From positions 9,482 through 73,481 of the forward strand of contig CALCRE010000293.1 of NCBI GenBank assembly GCA_937894465.1: a stretch of 64,000 nt of DNA, read 5' to 3'. The translations under genes and the position numbers were made by a program. The notes under the pieces are model-generated. The model did no database searches and was not told the DNA's origin. It worked only from the letters and a program-made list of their open reading frames with translations. Shown piece by piece: positions 32,717 to 43,030 of this stretch (its first letter is position 1; each line of letters opens with the position of its first letter). The stretch comes from an uncultured Clostridia bacterium. GTDB taxonomy: Bacteria; Bacillota; Clostridia; JAAYHZ01.

Positions 32717-33874
32717 TTAAATTGTCTGATCTTTGTTATTTTCCGGGTTATCTTCTGCCAAGCTATCTATTTGTTCCGTATTTTTCTCGGGTTTAACCGC
32801 CATAGAGTGCGCATGCTGTGAAAACTCCTTCATGTATTTAATGCCTACAAAGATTAGAATGAATATAAAGAGCAACAAATATGCCCCGTATTTGATTCTA
32901 TCTCCGGCTAGTGCAACGGCACAAATACCGAAGGCCGCACTGGCCACATACAATGTCAGCACGCTCCATCGCTGGCTTAATCCCATATCGATCAAACGGT
33001 GATGAATATGGGATCTGTCCCTTTGGGACACAGACTTATGCCTGGTTAATCTTCGAAAAAAAGCGAATGTTGCATCAAACAAGGGAATGGCTAAAATCAA
33101 GACAGGTAATACAATGGATATTGCTGCATAAGATTTTAAAGTTCCTTGAATAGTGATGACACCTAATGTAAAGCCAAGAAAAGCCGCACCGGTTTCACCC
33201 ATAAAAATTTTCGCAGGATTAAAATTAAAAGGTAGAAACCCTAGACAAGAACCTGCAATTGCAATGGTGATTATGGTGGTGTATAATTTCACATCCATAG
33301 ATATATCCGTCCGAATAAGAGTCACTACAAACAAGCTTAAGGAACAAATCGCTGAAATTCCTGCCGCCAAACCATCCAATCCGTCTATCAAATTAATAGC
33401 ATTGGTAATGGCAACAATCCAAAAAATGGTGACGACATAAGAAAGTACGGGATTTAATGACATCATTTTACCGTCATCGCTGAAGAACATGGTTATATTT
33501 TCAATTCTGGTGTTGGATATGAATACGGTAAAAGCCGCAGCAGTCGTTTGGAAAATTAGCTTTTGCCAAGGTTTCATTCCACGGACATCATCAAAGATAC
33601 CATAACCTAACACGATCAAAGATCCGCCTAACATTCCGAATAATTTTACCGAATTATAGGGAAAGTCGGTAAAATCAAACCAACAATAGATGACTGATCC
33701 CCAAAATCCCAAAAAAAGAGCAATGCCACCCAAAAGAGGTGTGGGCCTTTTATGCATTCTGGTCTCATCTTTAGGCACATCAATTGCACCTATTTTGTAT
33801 GCAATTTTTGCTGCAATAGGTGTCGAAAAAAAAGCAAGTACAAAAGCAATAACGAAAGCTAGTAAATATTCCAC
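32717..33874 (-). CDS. Undecaprenyl-phosphate GlcNAc-1-phosphate transferase (WecA/TagO, MraY family)
   Basis: NAINLIDGLDGLA, FNPAKIFMG, HIHHRL; multi-TM. Confidence 0.9.
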   Translation of the reverse strand: MEYLLAFVIAFVLAFFSTPIAAKIAYKIGAIDVPKDETRMHKRPTPLLGGIALFLGFWGSVIYCWFDFTDFPYNSVKLFGMLGGSLIVLGYGIFDDVRGMKPWQKLIFQTTAAAFTVFISNTRIENITMFFSDDGKMMSLNPVLSYVVTIFWIVAITNAINLIDGLDGLAAGISAICSLSLFVVTLIRTDISMDVKLYTTIITIAIAGSCLGFLPFNFNPAKIFMGETGAAFLGFTLGVITIQGTLKSYAAISIVLPVLILAIPLFDATFAFFRRLTRHKSVSQRDRSHIHHRLIDMGLSQRWSVLTLYVASAAFGICAVALAGDRIKYGAYLLLFIFILIFVGIKYMKEFSQHAHSMAVKPEKNTEQIDSLAEDNPENNKDQTI

Positions 33875-33875
33875 A

Positions 33876-34343
33876 TCATATCACCGGTTCTAACGGTTCC
33901 TTTCCTATGTATTTTTCAGTGGATATGCCGGCTTCATTCAATAATTCCACCGCAAGAGGATCCGGATAATCCCCTTTGTAGACAATTCGCTTGATTCCTG
34001 CATTGATAATCATTTTAGCGCATAAAGAACACGGCTGTGTCGTTACATACAAGGTACCGCCGCTGAGGCTGGTTCCGGAATATGCCGCCTGAACAATTGC
34101 ATTTTGTTCTGCGTGGATGGCTCTACACAACTCATGGTTTTTCCCGGAAGGAACATTTAATTTCTCCCTCATACACCCTACCTCGGAACAGTGGGCGCAC
34201 CCTACGGGTGCACCGTTATATCCGGTTGTCAAAATTCGTTTGTCCTTGACAATCAGTGCTCCTACTTGCCTACGTAGGCAGGTGGATCTTGTTTTTATAA
34301 TTTCAACAATTTCCATGAAATATTCATCCCATGAAGGTCTCAT
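33876..34343 (-). CDS. dCMP deaminase family protein
   Basis: [20 protein letters not shown] zinc motifs. Confidence 0.92.
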   Translation of the reverse strand: MRPSWDEYFMEIVEIIKTRSTCLRRQVGALIVKDKRILTTGYNGAPVGCAHCSEVGCMREKLNVPSGKNHELCRAIHAEQNAIVQAAYSGTSLSGGTLYVTTQPCSLCAKMIINAGIKRIVYKGDYPDPLAVELLNEAGISTEKYIGKEPLEPVI

Positions 34344-34364
34344 AATGATTAGTCCTTTATCCAA

Positions 34365-35501
34365 TTATTTTGTACCGAACAATCTGTCCCCCGCATCTCC
34401 CAAACCGGGAACAATGTAAGCATGATCGTTGAGGACTTCGTCTATTGCCGCACAGTAAATGTCCACATCAGGATGATCCTTATTGATACGCTCAATGCCC
34501 GCCTTTGCTGCAATCAAGCACACTAATTTTATACTGGATATTCCCCTGTCCTTTAAGAAACCTATTGCTGCCGAGGCAGATCCCCCGGTGGCCAGCATGG
34601 GGTCTAGTACAACCATGTCACGTTCATTGGCATCCACCGGCAACTTACAGTAATATTCCACCGGTTCCAATGTTTGCGGATCCCTGTATAACCCGATATG
34701 ACCTACTTTGGCCATGGGCAACAAACGTAACATTCCGTCCACCATTCCCAATCCCGCTCTGAGGATGGGAACAAATCCTAGTTTTTTACCGGCGATTACT
34801 TTTGAATGAGCGATTCCCATGGGTGTCTCTACATCAACATCCATTAATGGTAAATCCCTTGTCACCTCATAAGCCATTAACATGGCAATTTCACTTACCA
34901 ATTCCCTGAATTCTTTCGTTCCTGTGTTCTTATCCCTTAATAAAGAGATCTTGTGTTGTATCAAAGGATGGTCAAATTCGAACACTCTTTGCATGGTCTG
35001 ACAGCCTCCTGTTTTTGTTTGTTTTATTTCTTGATTAATATACCGCTTGTCCAATTCATCAATCATTCCCACTCTTCTTTTATGGCGGGAATGCTCACTG
35101 TTATCAAAAGGGGTGTCCAGCCATGCGGAAACGATGCTCACAGCAGTTTCAGCATCCATCAACCGTCCGCCTAATGTGATCACATTTGCATTGTTATGCT
35201 GTCCGCTCAACCTGCCCATATCCACGTTTGTACACAGTGCAGCACGAATACCGGGATATTTATTTGCGGCAATCGAAACTCCGATGCCCGTTCCGCATAA
35301 TAAAATGCCTGTATCGGCATCTTTTTTTATAATGGCTTTGCAAACCTTTTGAACATAATCCGGATAATCCACAGATGATTGATCGTCAAAGGTCCCGAAA
35401 TCCATTACTTCTATATTTCTTTTCTTTAAAAAATCTATGATGGGCTGTTTTAGAATAAAACCGCCGTGATCCGCTCCAATTGCTATTATCACTTTAAACA
35501 A
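34365..35501 (-). CDS. rpiB-upp: In-frame fusion of ribose-5-phosphate isomerase B (N-terminal) and uracil phosphoribosyltransferase (C-terminal; internal start at 34994)
   Basis: GADHGG, CGTGIG, HNNANV, RHKRRV (RpiB), then [32 protein letters not shown] (Upp), with no stop between them. Confidence 0.9.
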   Translation of the reverse strand: MFKVIIAIGADHGGFILKQPIIDFLKKRNIEVMDFGTFDDQSSVDYPDYVQKVCKAIIKKDADTGILLCGTGIGVSIAANKYPGIRAALCTNVDMGRLSGQHNNANVITLGGRLMDAETAVSIVSAWLDTPFDNSEHSRHKRRVGMIDELDKRYINQEIKQTKTGGCQTMQRVFEFDHPLIQHKISLLRDKNTGTKEFRELVSEIAMLMAYEVTRDLPLMDVDVETPMGIAHSKVIAGKKLGFVPILRAGLGMVDGMLRLLPMAKVGHIGLYRDPQTLEPVEYYCKLPVDANERDMVVLDPMLATGGSASAAIGFLKDRGISSIKLVCLIAAKAGIERINKDHPDVDIYCAAIDEVLNDHAYIVPGLGDAGDRLFGTK

Positions 35502-35576
35502 AGAACTCCTTCATATTTTTATATATTATATCACATCAAAATCTCACTGAAAATACCTTTGCCTTCAAAACGAGTT

Positions 35577-36614
35577 TTATACATCAACGATGTAATCGCC
35601 TGCCGCCTTTTTCAGCCGATTCATGATGGAAATGAATAATCCTTTACCCGAAAGATACATGCTGTAAATGACATCCGTATCGGTTTTATCAATCTCCCTC
35701 AACACTGAAAACAAATTTGCAGCAATTTGAGGCGGATTTGACAGACACCCTAAATCAAATGTACATAAACCTTCAAACTCATGTGCACATTCATTCACAG
35801 TCAAAACACAAGCCTTCTCGTCGGTGTTACTCTTAACCATTCTTCGAATGTATTCCGATGCCTTGTCAGTATCACCTCGTACAAGTATGATTTTTGCTTT
35901 TGGTGCATAATGTCGATACTTCATGCCGGGTGCCTTTGGAATGTCGTCTTTTACGCTTGAATCAGATGATTGCAGCACATCCCGGCTGATACAGGACAAA
36001 TCCTCCCACGTAATGAATCCGGGCCTTAAAATGACTGCAGGCTTTACAGTAATGTCCAACACAGTGGATTCAAGTCCGTATACTGAGCTTCCTTGGCATA
36101 AGATCACATCCACCCTTCCGTTTAAATCATCTATCACATGAGATGCTTCAGTTGTGCTGGGACGCCCGGATAAGTTGGCACTTGGTGCGGCAATTGGTAC
36201 ACCTGCTTCCCGAATCAGTGTTCTTGCCACTTGGTGAGAAGGGCAACGCAAACCTACTGTTTGAAGTCCGGCCGTGACTTGATCCGGTATGACAGGTTTT
36301 TTGTTCATGACCAAAGTCAAGGGGCCCGGCCAAAAATGATCCATATATAGCTTTGCAGACGGATCCTCGATATAGGTGTACAAGGATGCCTGATCAGGAT
36401 CAGATATATGGACAATCAACGGATTGTCAGAAGGACGACCTTTCGCTGAATATATTTTCTTTGCAGCATTCTCATCTAGTGCATTGCCACCTAATCCATA
36501 TACGGTTTCGGTGGGGAAGGCCACCAACCCGCCGTTTTTTATGACATCAGCGGCATATAGTATGGCGGGCAAATCCTTAACAGGATCCGTTATTTCAAAA
36601 ATTTCAGTTTTCAT
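35577..36614 (-). CDS. sua5: L-threonylcarbamoyladenylate synthase (Sua5-type)
   Basis: PTETVYGL, KGRPSDNPLIVH, APSANLSG, APGMKYRHYAP. Confidence 0.95.
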   Translation of the reverse strand: MKTEIFEITDPVKDLPAILYAADVIKNGGLVAFPTETVYGLGGNALDENAAKKIYSAKGRPSDNPLIVHISDPDQASLYTYIEDPSAKLYMDHFWPGPLTLVMNKKPVIPDQVTAGLQTVGLRCPSHQVARTLIREAGVPIAAPSANLSGRPSTTEASHVIDDLNGRVDVILCQGSSVYGLESTVLDITVKPAVILRPGFITWEDLSCISRDVLQSSDSSVKDDIPKAPGMKYRHYAPKAKIILVRGDTDKASEYIRRMVKSNTDEKACVLTVNECAHEFEGLCTFDLGCLSNPPQIAANLFSVLREIDKTDTDVIYSMYLSGKGLFISIMNRLKKAAGDYIVDV

Positions 36615-36615
36615 T

Positions 36616-37689
36616 TTAAAACCCGCTTTCAGCAAGCTTTTGAGTTTGGTCATATGTGATTAAAGGTTCTGTTAATTGATCCAAATCACCTTCTAGAACA
36701 TCATCCAGCTTGTAAACGGTCAATCCGATTCGATGATCCGTCACGCGCCCCTGAGGATAATTGTAGGTACGGATTCTTTCGCTTCGATCTCCCGTTCCCA
36801 CTTGACTTCTTCTGTTCTCAGCCACTTCTTTGTCTTGCTCGGATTGAGCCATCTCATTCAACTTGGATTTTAACACCCTTAACGCTTTGTCTTTATTCTT
36901 ATGTTGTGAACGTTGATCCTGGCATGTCACCACAATTCCGGTGGGCAAGTGGGTAATTCTTATAGCGGAGGAGGTTTTGTTAATGTGCTGGCCACCGGCT
37001 CCGGATGCCCGATAGGTGTCGATCTGCAGGTCATTCGGATTGATATCCACTTCCACATCCTCTACCTCCGGCATAACTGCAACCGTCACAGTGGAAGTAT
37101 GAATTCTACCTCCGGACTCGGTCACAGGAATCCTTTGAACTCGGTGAACACCGCTTTCATATTTCAATTTGGAATAAACCATTTTACCTTCCAATATGAA
37201 TACCACTTCCTTGAACCCACCCAATTCATTTTCATTTGAATCGATCAAGTCCATTGACCAACCGTTATTTTCAGCATACTTGCTATACATCCGGAAAAGG
37301 TCAGCGGCAAACAAAGCCGCTTCGTTTCCACCTGCACCGCCTCTAATCTCTATGATGACGTTTTTATCATCATTAGGATCTTTAGGCAACATCAAAATCT
37401 TAAGCTCATTTTCAATCTTCTCTTTTAAGCCCTTGTTCTCATCTAACTCAGCTTGGGCCAATTCTCTTAATTCGGCATCCGGCCTGTCCTCCAAAACATC
37501 AAGGGCATCTTGAATACCTGCAAGAACATTCTTGTATTCATTATATTTTTCTACGATCGGTTCCATCTCCGACCGCTCCTTCATCAAACGTGTATAGCGG
37601 TCTTGATTGGAAAGCACCGACGGGTCGCTTAAAAGCTGGTCGATTTCTTCAAACCGGTTTAACACCGCATCAAATTTATCAAACATCAA
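36616..37689 (-). CDS. prfA: Peptide chain release factor 1
   Basis: PVT recognition motif, [24 protein letters not shown]. Confidence 0.97.
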   Translation of the reverse strand: MMFDKFDAVLNRFEEIDQLLSDPSVLSNQDRYTRLMKERSEMEPIVEKYNEYKNVLAGIQDALDVLEDRPDAELRELAQAELDENKGLKEKIENELKILMLPKDPNDDKNVIIEIRGGAGGNEAALFAADLFRMYSKYAENNGWSMDLIDSNENELGGFKEVVFILEGKMVYSKLKYESGVHRVQRIPVTESGGRIHTSTVTVAVMPEVEDVEVDINPNDLQIDTYRASGAGGQHINKTSSAIRITHLPTGIVVTCQDQRSQHKNKDKALRVLKSKLNEMAQSEQDKEVAENRRSQVGTGDRSERIRTYNYPQGRVTDHRIGLTVYKLDDVLEGDLDQLTEPLITYDQTQKLAESGF

Positions 37690-37702
37690 ACACCTCTTGT
37701 CA

Positions 37703-38869
37703 TCAATGGTGGAATAAACGGTTTCCGGTGAAAACCATCACCATTTGATACTCATTACATGCATCTATCACGATATCATCACGGATAGAGCCACCGGGTT
37801 GCGCAATATATTTTACACCGGATTTAGATGCTCTGTCTATATTATCTCTAAACGGGAAAAATGCATCCGAACCTAATGTCACATCCGTAAATCGGCTTAA
37901 CCAATCTTGCTTTTCCTCATAAGACAACCGCTGAGGTACTTCTTCAAACATGGTCTCCCAATACTTGTTCTCTTCTTCCGTGATATGATCTCTTAGATAC
38001 GTATCAATGGCATTGTCTTTGTCAGCCTTTTTCAATCCTGCTTTGAATTGTAAATTCAAAACAGCCGGGTGCTGCCTTAATAACCAAAAATCCGCTTTGT
38101 CTCCGGCAAGTCTGGTACAATGAATACGAGCCTGTTGCCCTGCGCCGTTTCCGATTACTTGACCGTCATAAACATAACAAACGGAATTGGACTGGGTATA
38201 TTTTAACGTAATCAAGGCCAGGATCATATCCCGCATAGCCGATTCCGGCAAATCCTTGTTTTGTGTTACAATATTGGTCAAGTCCTTTTTTCCGGTTATA
38301 TAATCATTTCTTTTTTGCTCGAAGGTTATACCAAAAATTTGCTTTTTTTCCATTTGAACCGGTACATAAGTAGAATCCACTTGTATGATATTGTAGCTTC
38401 CCTTCCTTTTGGACTTTAAAATTTCCAAAGCTTTAGCCGAATAGGAAGGTGCAATGATTCCGTCCGATACTTCGTGTTCCAGCAGCTTTGCAGCAGATTC
38501 ATCCACCTCATCGCTGAACGCGGCAAAGTCACCGTACGAGGCGACACGATCTGCTCCTCTTGCTCTTGCATAGGCACATGCCACAGGTGACAGTTCCGTG
38601 TCAGGGTCAATGTGATATGCCTTTTTCATGGATTCGCTCAACGGCAACCCCAAAGCTGCTCCAGCCGGGCTGACATGCTTAAAGGAAGCTGCTGCCGGAA
38701 GCCCTAATGATTGTTTCAATTCCTTCACCAATTGCCATGCATTCAATGCATCCATAAAATTAATATATCCCGGGTTCCCGTTTAATATCGTTAAAGGTAT
38801 TTCCTGATCTTCGCAGTATAGTGTTGCAGGTTTTTGATGGGGATTACAACCGTATTTCAATTTAAACAT
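37703..38869 (-). CDS. purH: Monofunctional AICAR transformylase (PurH C-terminal domain only)
   Basis: Starts [43 protein letters not shown]; no N-terminal IMP cyclohydrolase domain. Confidence 0.9.
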   Translation of the reverse strand: MFKLKYGCNPHQKPATLYCEDQEIPLTILNGNPGYINFMDALNAWQLVKELKQSLGLPAAASFKHVSPAGAALGLPLSESMKKAYHIDPDTELSPVACAYARARGADRVASYGDFAAFSDEVDESAAKLLEHEVSDGIIAPSYSAKALEILKSKRKGSYNIIQVDSTYVPVQMEKKQIFGITFEQKRNDYITGKKDLTNIVTQNKDLPESAMRDMILALITLKYTQSNSVCYVYDGQVIGNGAGQQARIHCTRLAGDKADFWLLRQHPAVLNLQFKAGLKKADKDNAIDTYLRDHITEEENKYWETMFEEVPQRLSYEEKQDWLSRFTDVTLGSDAFFPFRDNIDRASKSGVKYIAQPGGSIRDDIVIDACNEYQMVMVFTGNRLFHH

Positions 38870-38909
38870 TGCTATTCCTCCCTAATATAGATGTTAACTA
38901 TTTAACATT

Positions 38910-38938
38910 ATTATATACACAAACCAATTGCCTTGCAA
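38910..38938 (-). promoter_or_regulatory. Putative sigma-A promoter of purH-prfA
   Basis: TTGCAA-17 nt-TATAAT on the minus strand. Confidence 0.7.
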
Positions 38939-39143
38939 TGATAAAAGGTCGTATGGATAAAATCAACTTATAGAAAATATCCTTAACAGCAACATTGACT
39001 AGACCTCCTTGCTTACCCGTCCGTTGTCCCATCATTTTCCGCTGCTACTGAAAAACAAGCTGAAAACAAAGAGTCTCTTATCGCCAAGCTTACGCAATCA
39101 ATGAATAATCAAAAATTCCAAACATTGAATGACAACAGATCCG

Positions 39144-39713
39144 TTATACCTTGAATGTCCACAAGTGTTCATTAGAAGTGGATATACCGTATGCCCCGTT
39201 CTTTAAAGCCGTATCCGCATCAGTCACGGTGTTTATCATCCCTCCGGCTATGACCGGAGTTCTTACCTTGTTGCAAAAGTCACCGGTAACTTGATGCATG
39301 ATTCCGGGCATGATTTCTACAATAGTGGGTTTGGTGGATTCAATGACAGAAATAGCGGTGTCCACAGACAAACTGTCAATCAAAAAAAAGCGTTGAATAC
39401 CGCAATACCCTTTGGAAACGGCATATCGAATGGGTTGACTGCGGGTACTGATGATACCGTCAGCACCATGCTTTAAAAACAGATAGTCCACTGCGCTGTT
39501 GTTAGATCCTAAACCGTCTATAAAATCAAAATGAACAGCACATACCTTACCCATCTTTTTTGCAAACAATATACTCTTCTCCATTTCAAAAAGCGATGTT
39601 TTCAAAAGAAAGATCACTGTAGCTTCCGAGTGTACGGCTTTATACAATTGGCGGTCATTTCGCACAGCGGCGATCACCGGATTTTTCTTCAAAGAATAAA
39701 GTATACTGTCCAT
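39144..39713 (-). CDS. glpP: Glycerol-3-phosphate-responsive antiterminator
   Basis: PVIAAVR, VHFDFIDGL, GIISTR, IQRFFLIDS, EIMPG, IAGG, ISTS..LW. Confidence 0.9.
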   Translation of the reverse strand: MDSILYSLKKNPVIAAVRNDRQLYKAVHSEATVIFLLKTSLFEMEKSILFAKKMGKVCAVHFDFIDGLGSNNSAVDYLFLKHGADGIISTRSQPIRYAVSKGYCGIQRFFLIDSLSVDTAISVIESTKPTIVEIMPGIMHQVTGDFCNKVRTPVIAGGMINTVTDADTALKNGAYGISTSNEHLWTFKV

Positions 39714-39808
39714 ATCAAGATTATACCACAACGCGTGTTTTATATTATTAAGTGATCCATTACAAAATCAATGTAATTTTATACTATAATTTTATACTTT
39801 ACAAGTGC

Positions 39809-39837
39809 TTTACACTGCTAAAGAAGGGTGCTACAAT
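39809..39837 (+). promoter_or_regulatory. Putative sigma-A promoter of the lipid kinase gene
   Basis: TTTACA-17 nt-TACAAT with a TG extension. Confidence 0.6.
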
Positions 39838-39871
39838 GTTAGAATGATTTGTTGCAAAGGATTTTAACTTC

Positions 39872-40762
39872 ATGAGACATATTTTTATTGTGAACCCCGT
39901 TGCCGGAAAAGGTAAGACCCTTAGTGTGATCCCGGAGATTAAAGAGTACTTTAAGGACAAGCCTGAAGAATCGTATGAAATATTGATAACCGAAAGAAAG
40001 GGACATGGCACCGAGCTTGCCCGAAAAGCCACCGCTTCCGGAAACGGTAGAATTTATTCCGTGGGTGGTGACGGAACTTTAAATGAAGTTTTAAACGGTA
40101 TGATCCATTCGGATTACTGCCTGGGCCTTTTTGCCAAGGGCTCCGGAAATGACTTTATAAGAACTTTATGTCCGAATCAAAAACCGGATATGTCAGTGGA
40201 GCAAATCGTGCAAGGAACTCCAAAAATAATCGATTGCGCTAAAGCCAATGACACATATTTCATCAATGTGGCATCGGTTGGCTTTGATGCTGAAGTTGCT
40301 GACAATACAAAGATCTTTAAAAAAATACCTCTGGTGAAAGGCAGTCTATCTTATTTATTCAGTCTCTTTTACACCTTAGTGAATATGAAGCCCTATACCA
40401 TCCGGTACAAAATGAATGACATGCAAGACTCCTCCAATTATTTATTGATTGCCTTCTGCAACGGCAAATATTATGGAGGAGGATTTCTCCCTGCTCCTAA
40501 AGCGGATCTAAGTGATGGTCTTTTGGATATATGCCGTGTCAAACATACAAAAAGACGGGTTATTTTTAAATGTTTTCCTAAGCTTCGTGACGGAACCCAC
40601 GACACATTGGATGTTGTCACAATAGAAAAAACCAAAAGTATTCATATTCAGTCGGAGCAAGAATTATGTTTGAATATTGATGGAGAGATCTCAAAGACCA
40701 AAGACCTTCAAATTGAGATTATCCCCGAAACCGTGAAGATTTTAGTTCCAAAAACGCTTTAA
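39872..40762 (+). CDS. Diacylglycerol kinase family lipid kinase (YegS/BmrU-like)
   Basis: IVNPVAG, GGDGTLNEV, GSGNDF, GFDA, NGKYYGGG, IDGE. Confidence 0.92.
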   Translation: MRHIFIVNPVAGKGKTLSVIPEIKEYFKDKPEESYEILITERKGHGTELARKATASGNGRIYSVGGDGTLNEVLNGMIHSDYCLGLFAKGSGNDFIRTLCPNQKPDMSVEQIVQGTPKIIDCAKANDTYFINVASVGFDAEVADNTKIFKKIPLVKGSLSYLFSLFYTLVNMKPYTIRYKMNDMQDSSNYLLIAFCNGKYYGGGFLPAPKADLSDGLLDICRVKHTKRRVIFKCFPKLRDGTHDTLDVVTIEKTKSIHIQSEQELCLNIDGEISKTKDLQIEIIPETVKILVPKTL

Positions 40763-42528
40763 TCCCGATTGAGAATGTTACAAATTGTATCCATCCATTC
40801 TTTGACTTGATCTACATGAACCTGGCGGTCGACGACGGTTTGATCTTGTCTATTCATCCAAGCAGGTATGTTTAATTTTCTTCCGTATAACCTTTTAAAG
40901 AGATTTTCCATATCCGCTGTTACGACAGTATAGGGTAAGAACTCAAAAAAGTTCTTGATGATATTCGAATTTTCTTGGATATTGTCATCATAAACATTCA
41001 ACAAATAGTTTTTAAAAGCAATGATGTCCTCATAAGCTTTCTTCCCCTTTTCGGTTCTTCGCACCATCAAGGACGAGAAAACGGTGATTAATATACCGGA
41101 TAGCATCATGGAAAAATACTCAGTCATATACAATGAATCGTTGTTATATACCAACAACAAAAAGAATACAAACATACACACACCTAATGTCATTTGTAAC
41201 CAATGTCCCGACGTTAGATTCTTCAAACGATGCGACTTGATTTTCCGAACAATTGCGTTAATGCTTTGAGACAACATAAAAAAGAACAAAGAACAAAACA
41301 ACGCCAATGTCAAGGAAATGCCGCTTTGTCCGGTGTACACATAAAAGGTCTTGAAAGTGATATATATAAAAGGAATACTTGCAGTAAAGCGAATCATTTC
41401 ACGTAGCAGCGTTATTTTTGGGGGAAACATACATTCCCGCGGTTGACTGTAAAATTGATAAATATCCTCATCAATTTTACTCTTCTTACGTTTTAAAATT
41501 CTATGCAACCCACCGATGCTTACATATTCCTTTTCGGAAAAGATCTCGTTATACAAACTCTTTTCGTAAGACTTTGCATCAACATCCATTTCATCCTTTT
41601 TAACAATTCGAATAGATTCTCTTTTATTGGCTCTGTCAAGCAAATGGAACTCCACCTTGCCTTTATTTGCCCAATGAATAATGTTAGCAAACACATCTTG
41701 CAGAATGACTTCACCATCAAGTACATAAGCAGCTTCGCACGGTGGTTCGGACATTAATGCATCAGGATCTTCCCGATGTTGTTGTATTGAATTGTTGTCG
41801 AAAATAAAGCATACCAAACAACTGAATAATAATAAGATGATCACTGTTATATTCGCAATAATAGTAAGGGATTCGAACACGTTAGTATTCTTTTTAGTTT
41901 GTATAAAATACCCTTCCGGTAAATCTAAAAGTATATTCAACTCTCTCCCGGCTAGTTGCTCTTCCGTAACTTCCACGGTGATCGTGTTTCCTTCAATCAA
42001 AGCGGGAATATAAACCGGATCCCCCTGCCCTCCTAAATTCACAGACAGATAATTGCTGTTAAAATACTTTGGTAATGTAATTTGAATTTTAGCATTTAAC
42101 ACTTTGCCATATGATTCATCAGGTACGAGGTTCAGATAAAAACGATCTTTGTCTACATAAGGATCCGCTCCCATGGAAAGCGTGTACAGATAACTGTAAT
42201 TTCGTTCTCCGGCCACTAAAATATCATTTTCACCAAAAATAGCGGTAACTTTATCCGGATTTTTTTTCAATTCAAACTCGGTATTTAAGCATTCAAATAA
42301 TTCTAAAGACGCTTTTTCCTTATGCGTCTTTAGCGAAATGACCCGTTTATACCTCGGAGAAGGTTGTAAAAAATTAACACTTGCTTTTTCGTAAATATCA
42401 TATGTATTGTTTTCCTTAACAGTTACCTTTACACTAAAGTCAGTAATTATGAATGGTTCTTGCGCTAAAACTTTATTACCGTGTAAAGTAGAAATAAAAA
42501 CAATGATGAATAGTATAATTTTTTTCAC
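40759..42528 (-). CDS. DUF2207-like membrane protein
   Basis: Signal peptide, V-x-VKENNTYDIYE N-terminal domain, TM cluster, RRTEKG...I.AFKNYL...LPY. Confidence 0.65.
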   Translation of the reverse strand: MKKIILFIIVFISTLHGNKVLAQEPFIITDFSVKVTVKENNTYDIYEKASVNFLQPSPRYKRVISLKTHKEKASLELFECLNTEFELKKNPDKVTAIFGENDILVAGERNYSYLYTLSMGADPYVDKDRFYLNLVPDESYGKVLNAKIQITLPKYFNSNYLSVNLGGQGDPVYIPALIEGNTITVEVTEEQLAGRELNILLDLPEGYFIQTKKNTNVFESLTIIANITVIILLLFSCLVCFIFDNNSIQQHREDPDALMSEPPCEAAYVLDGEVILQDVFANIIHWANKGKVEFHLLDRANKRESIRIVKKDEMDVDAKSYEKSLYNEIFSEKEYVSIGGLHRILKRKKSKIDEDIYQFYSQPRECMFPPKITLLREMIRFTASIPFIYITFKTFYVYTGQSGISLTLALFCSLFFFMLSQSINAIVRKIKSHRLKNLTSGHWLQMTLGVCMFVFFLLLVYNNDSLYMTEYFSMMLSGILITVFSSLMVRRTEKGKKAYEDIIAFKNYLLNVYDDNIQENSNIIKNFFEFLPYTVVTADMENLFKRLYGRKLNIPAWMNRQDQTVVDRQVHVDQVKEWMDTICNILNRD

Positions 42529-42547
42529 TTTACCACCTGTTCTTCGG

Positions 42548-43030
42548 TTATTTATGATAAGTCCTGTTGTTGATTATACTAAATGCCCTATATACTTGCT
42601 CTAAAAGTATGACCCTGGTCATATTATGTGTAAATGTCATAGAGGACAAGGACAAGCGTAAGTGAGCCTTGTTTCTGACCTCTTGTGACACCCCTAACGA
42701 TCCTCCGATGGCAAATGTCAAGTGCGACTGTCCGGATACCATTAAAGACTTGATCGTTTCGGAAAATTCAACCGAATCCATGTCTTTTCCCTTTACATCC
42801 AACAAAATGAAATATGTGTCCTTCTTCATTCCGGCCAGAAGCTTTTCCCCTTCCTTGCGGAGAATCTCAATGCATTCTTTTTCCGATGCATGGTCGGGAA
42901 TAGGTGCATCCGGGATTTCTACGACATCAACTTTTCCAAAAGCCGATAACCTTTTCAAGTACTCCTTTTGGGCCGCTTTAAAATATCCATCTTTCATTTT
43001 CCCGACACATAGAATTTCAATTCTTATCAT
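42548..43030 (-). CDS. rlmH: 23S rRNA pseudouridine-1915 N3-methyltransferase
   Basis: VGKMKD, EYLKRL, IGGSLG, TFTH..RVILLEQVYRA...YHK. Confidence 0.95.
   Translation of the reverse strand: MIRIEILCVGKMKDGYFKAAQKEYLKRLSAFGKVDVVEIPDAPIPDHASEKECIEILRKEGEKLLAGMKKDTYFILLDVKGKDMDSVEFSETIKSLMVSGQSHLTFAIGGSLGVSQEVRNKAHLRLSLSSMTFTHNMTRVILLEQVYRAFSIINNRTYHK

Noticed and set aside
39009..39023. CGGACGGGTAAGCAA resembling 16S CGGACGGGTGAGTAA
   Set aside because: Only 13 of 15 nt with no flanking similarity; compatible with chance
38870..39143. ZMP/ZTP riboswitch upstream of purH
   Set aside because: Promoter lies ~40 nt from the start codon, leaving no room, and I could not see the conserved motif
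42529..42570. Mobile element integrated at the rlmH 3' end (known hotspot)
   Set aside because: Next gene starts 19 bp later; no recombinase or duplicated att site
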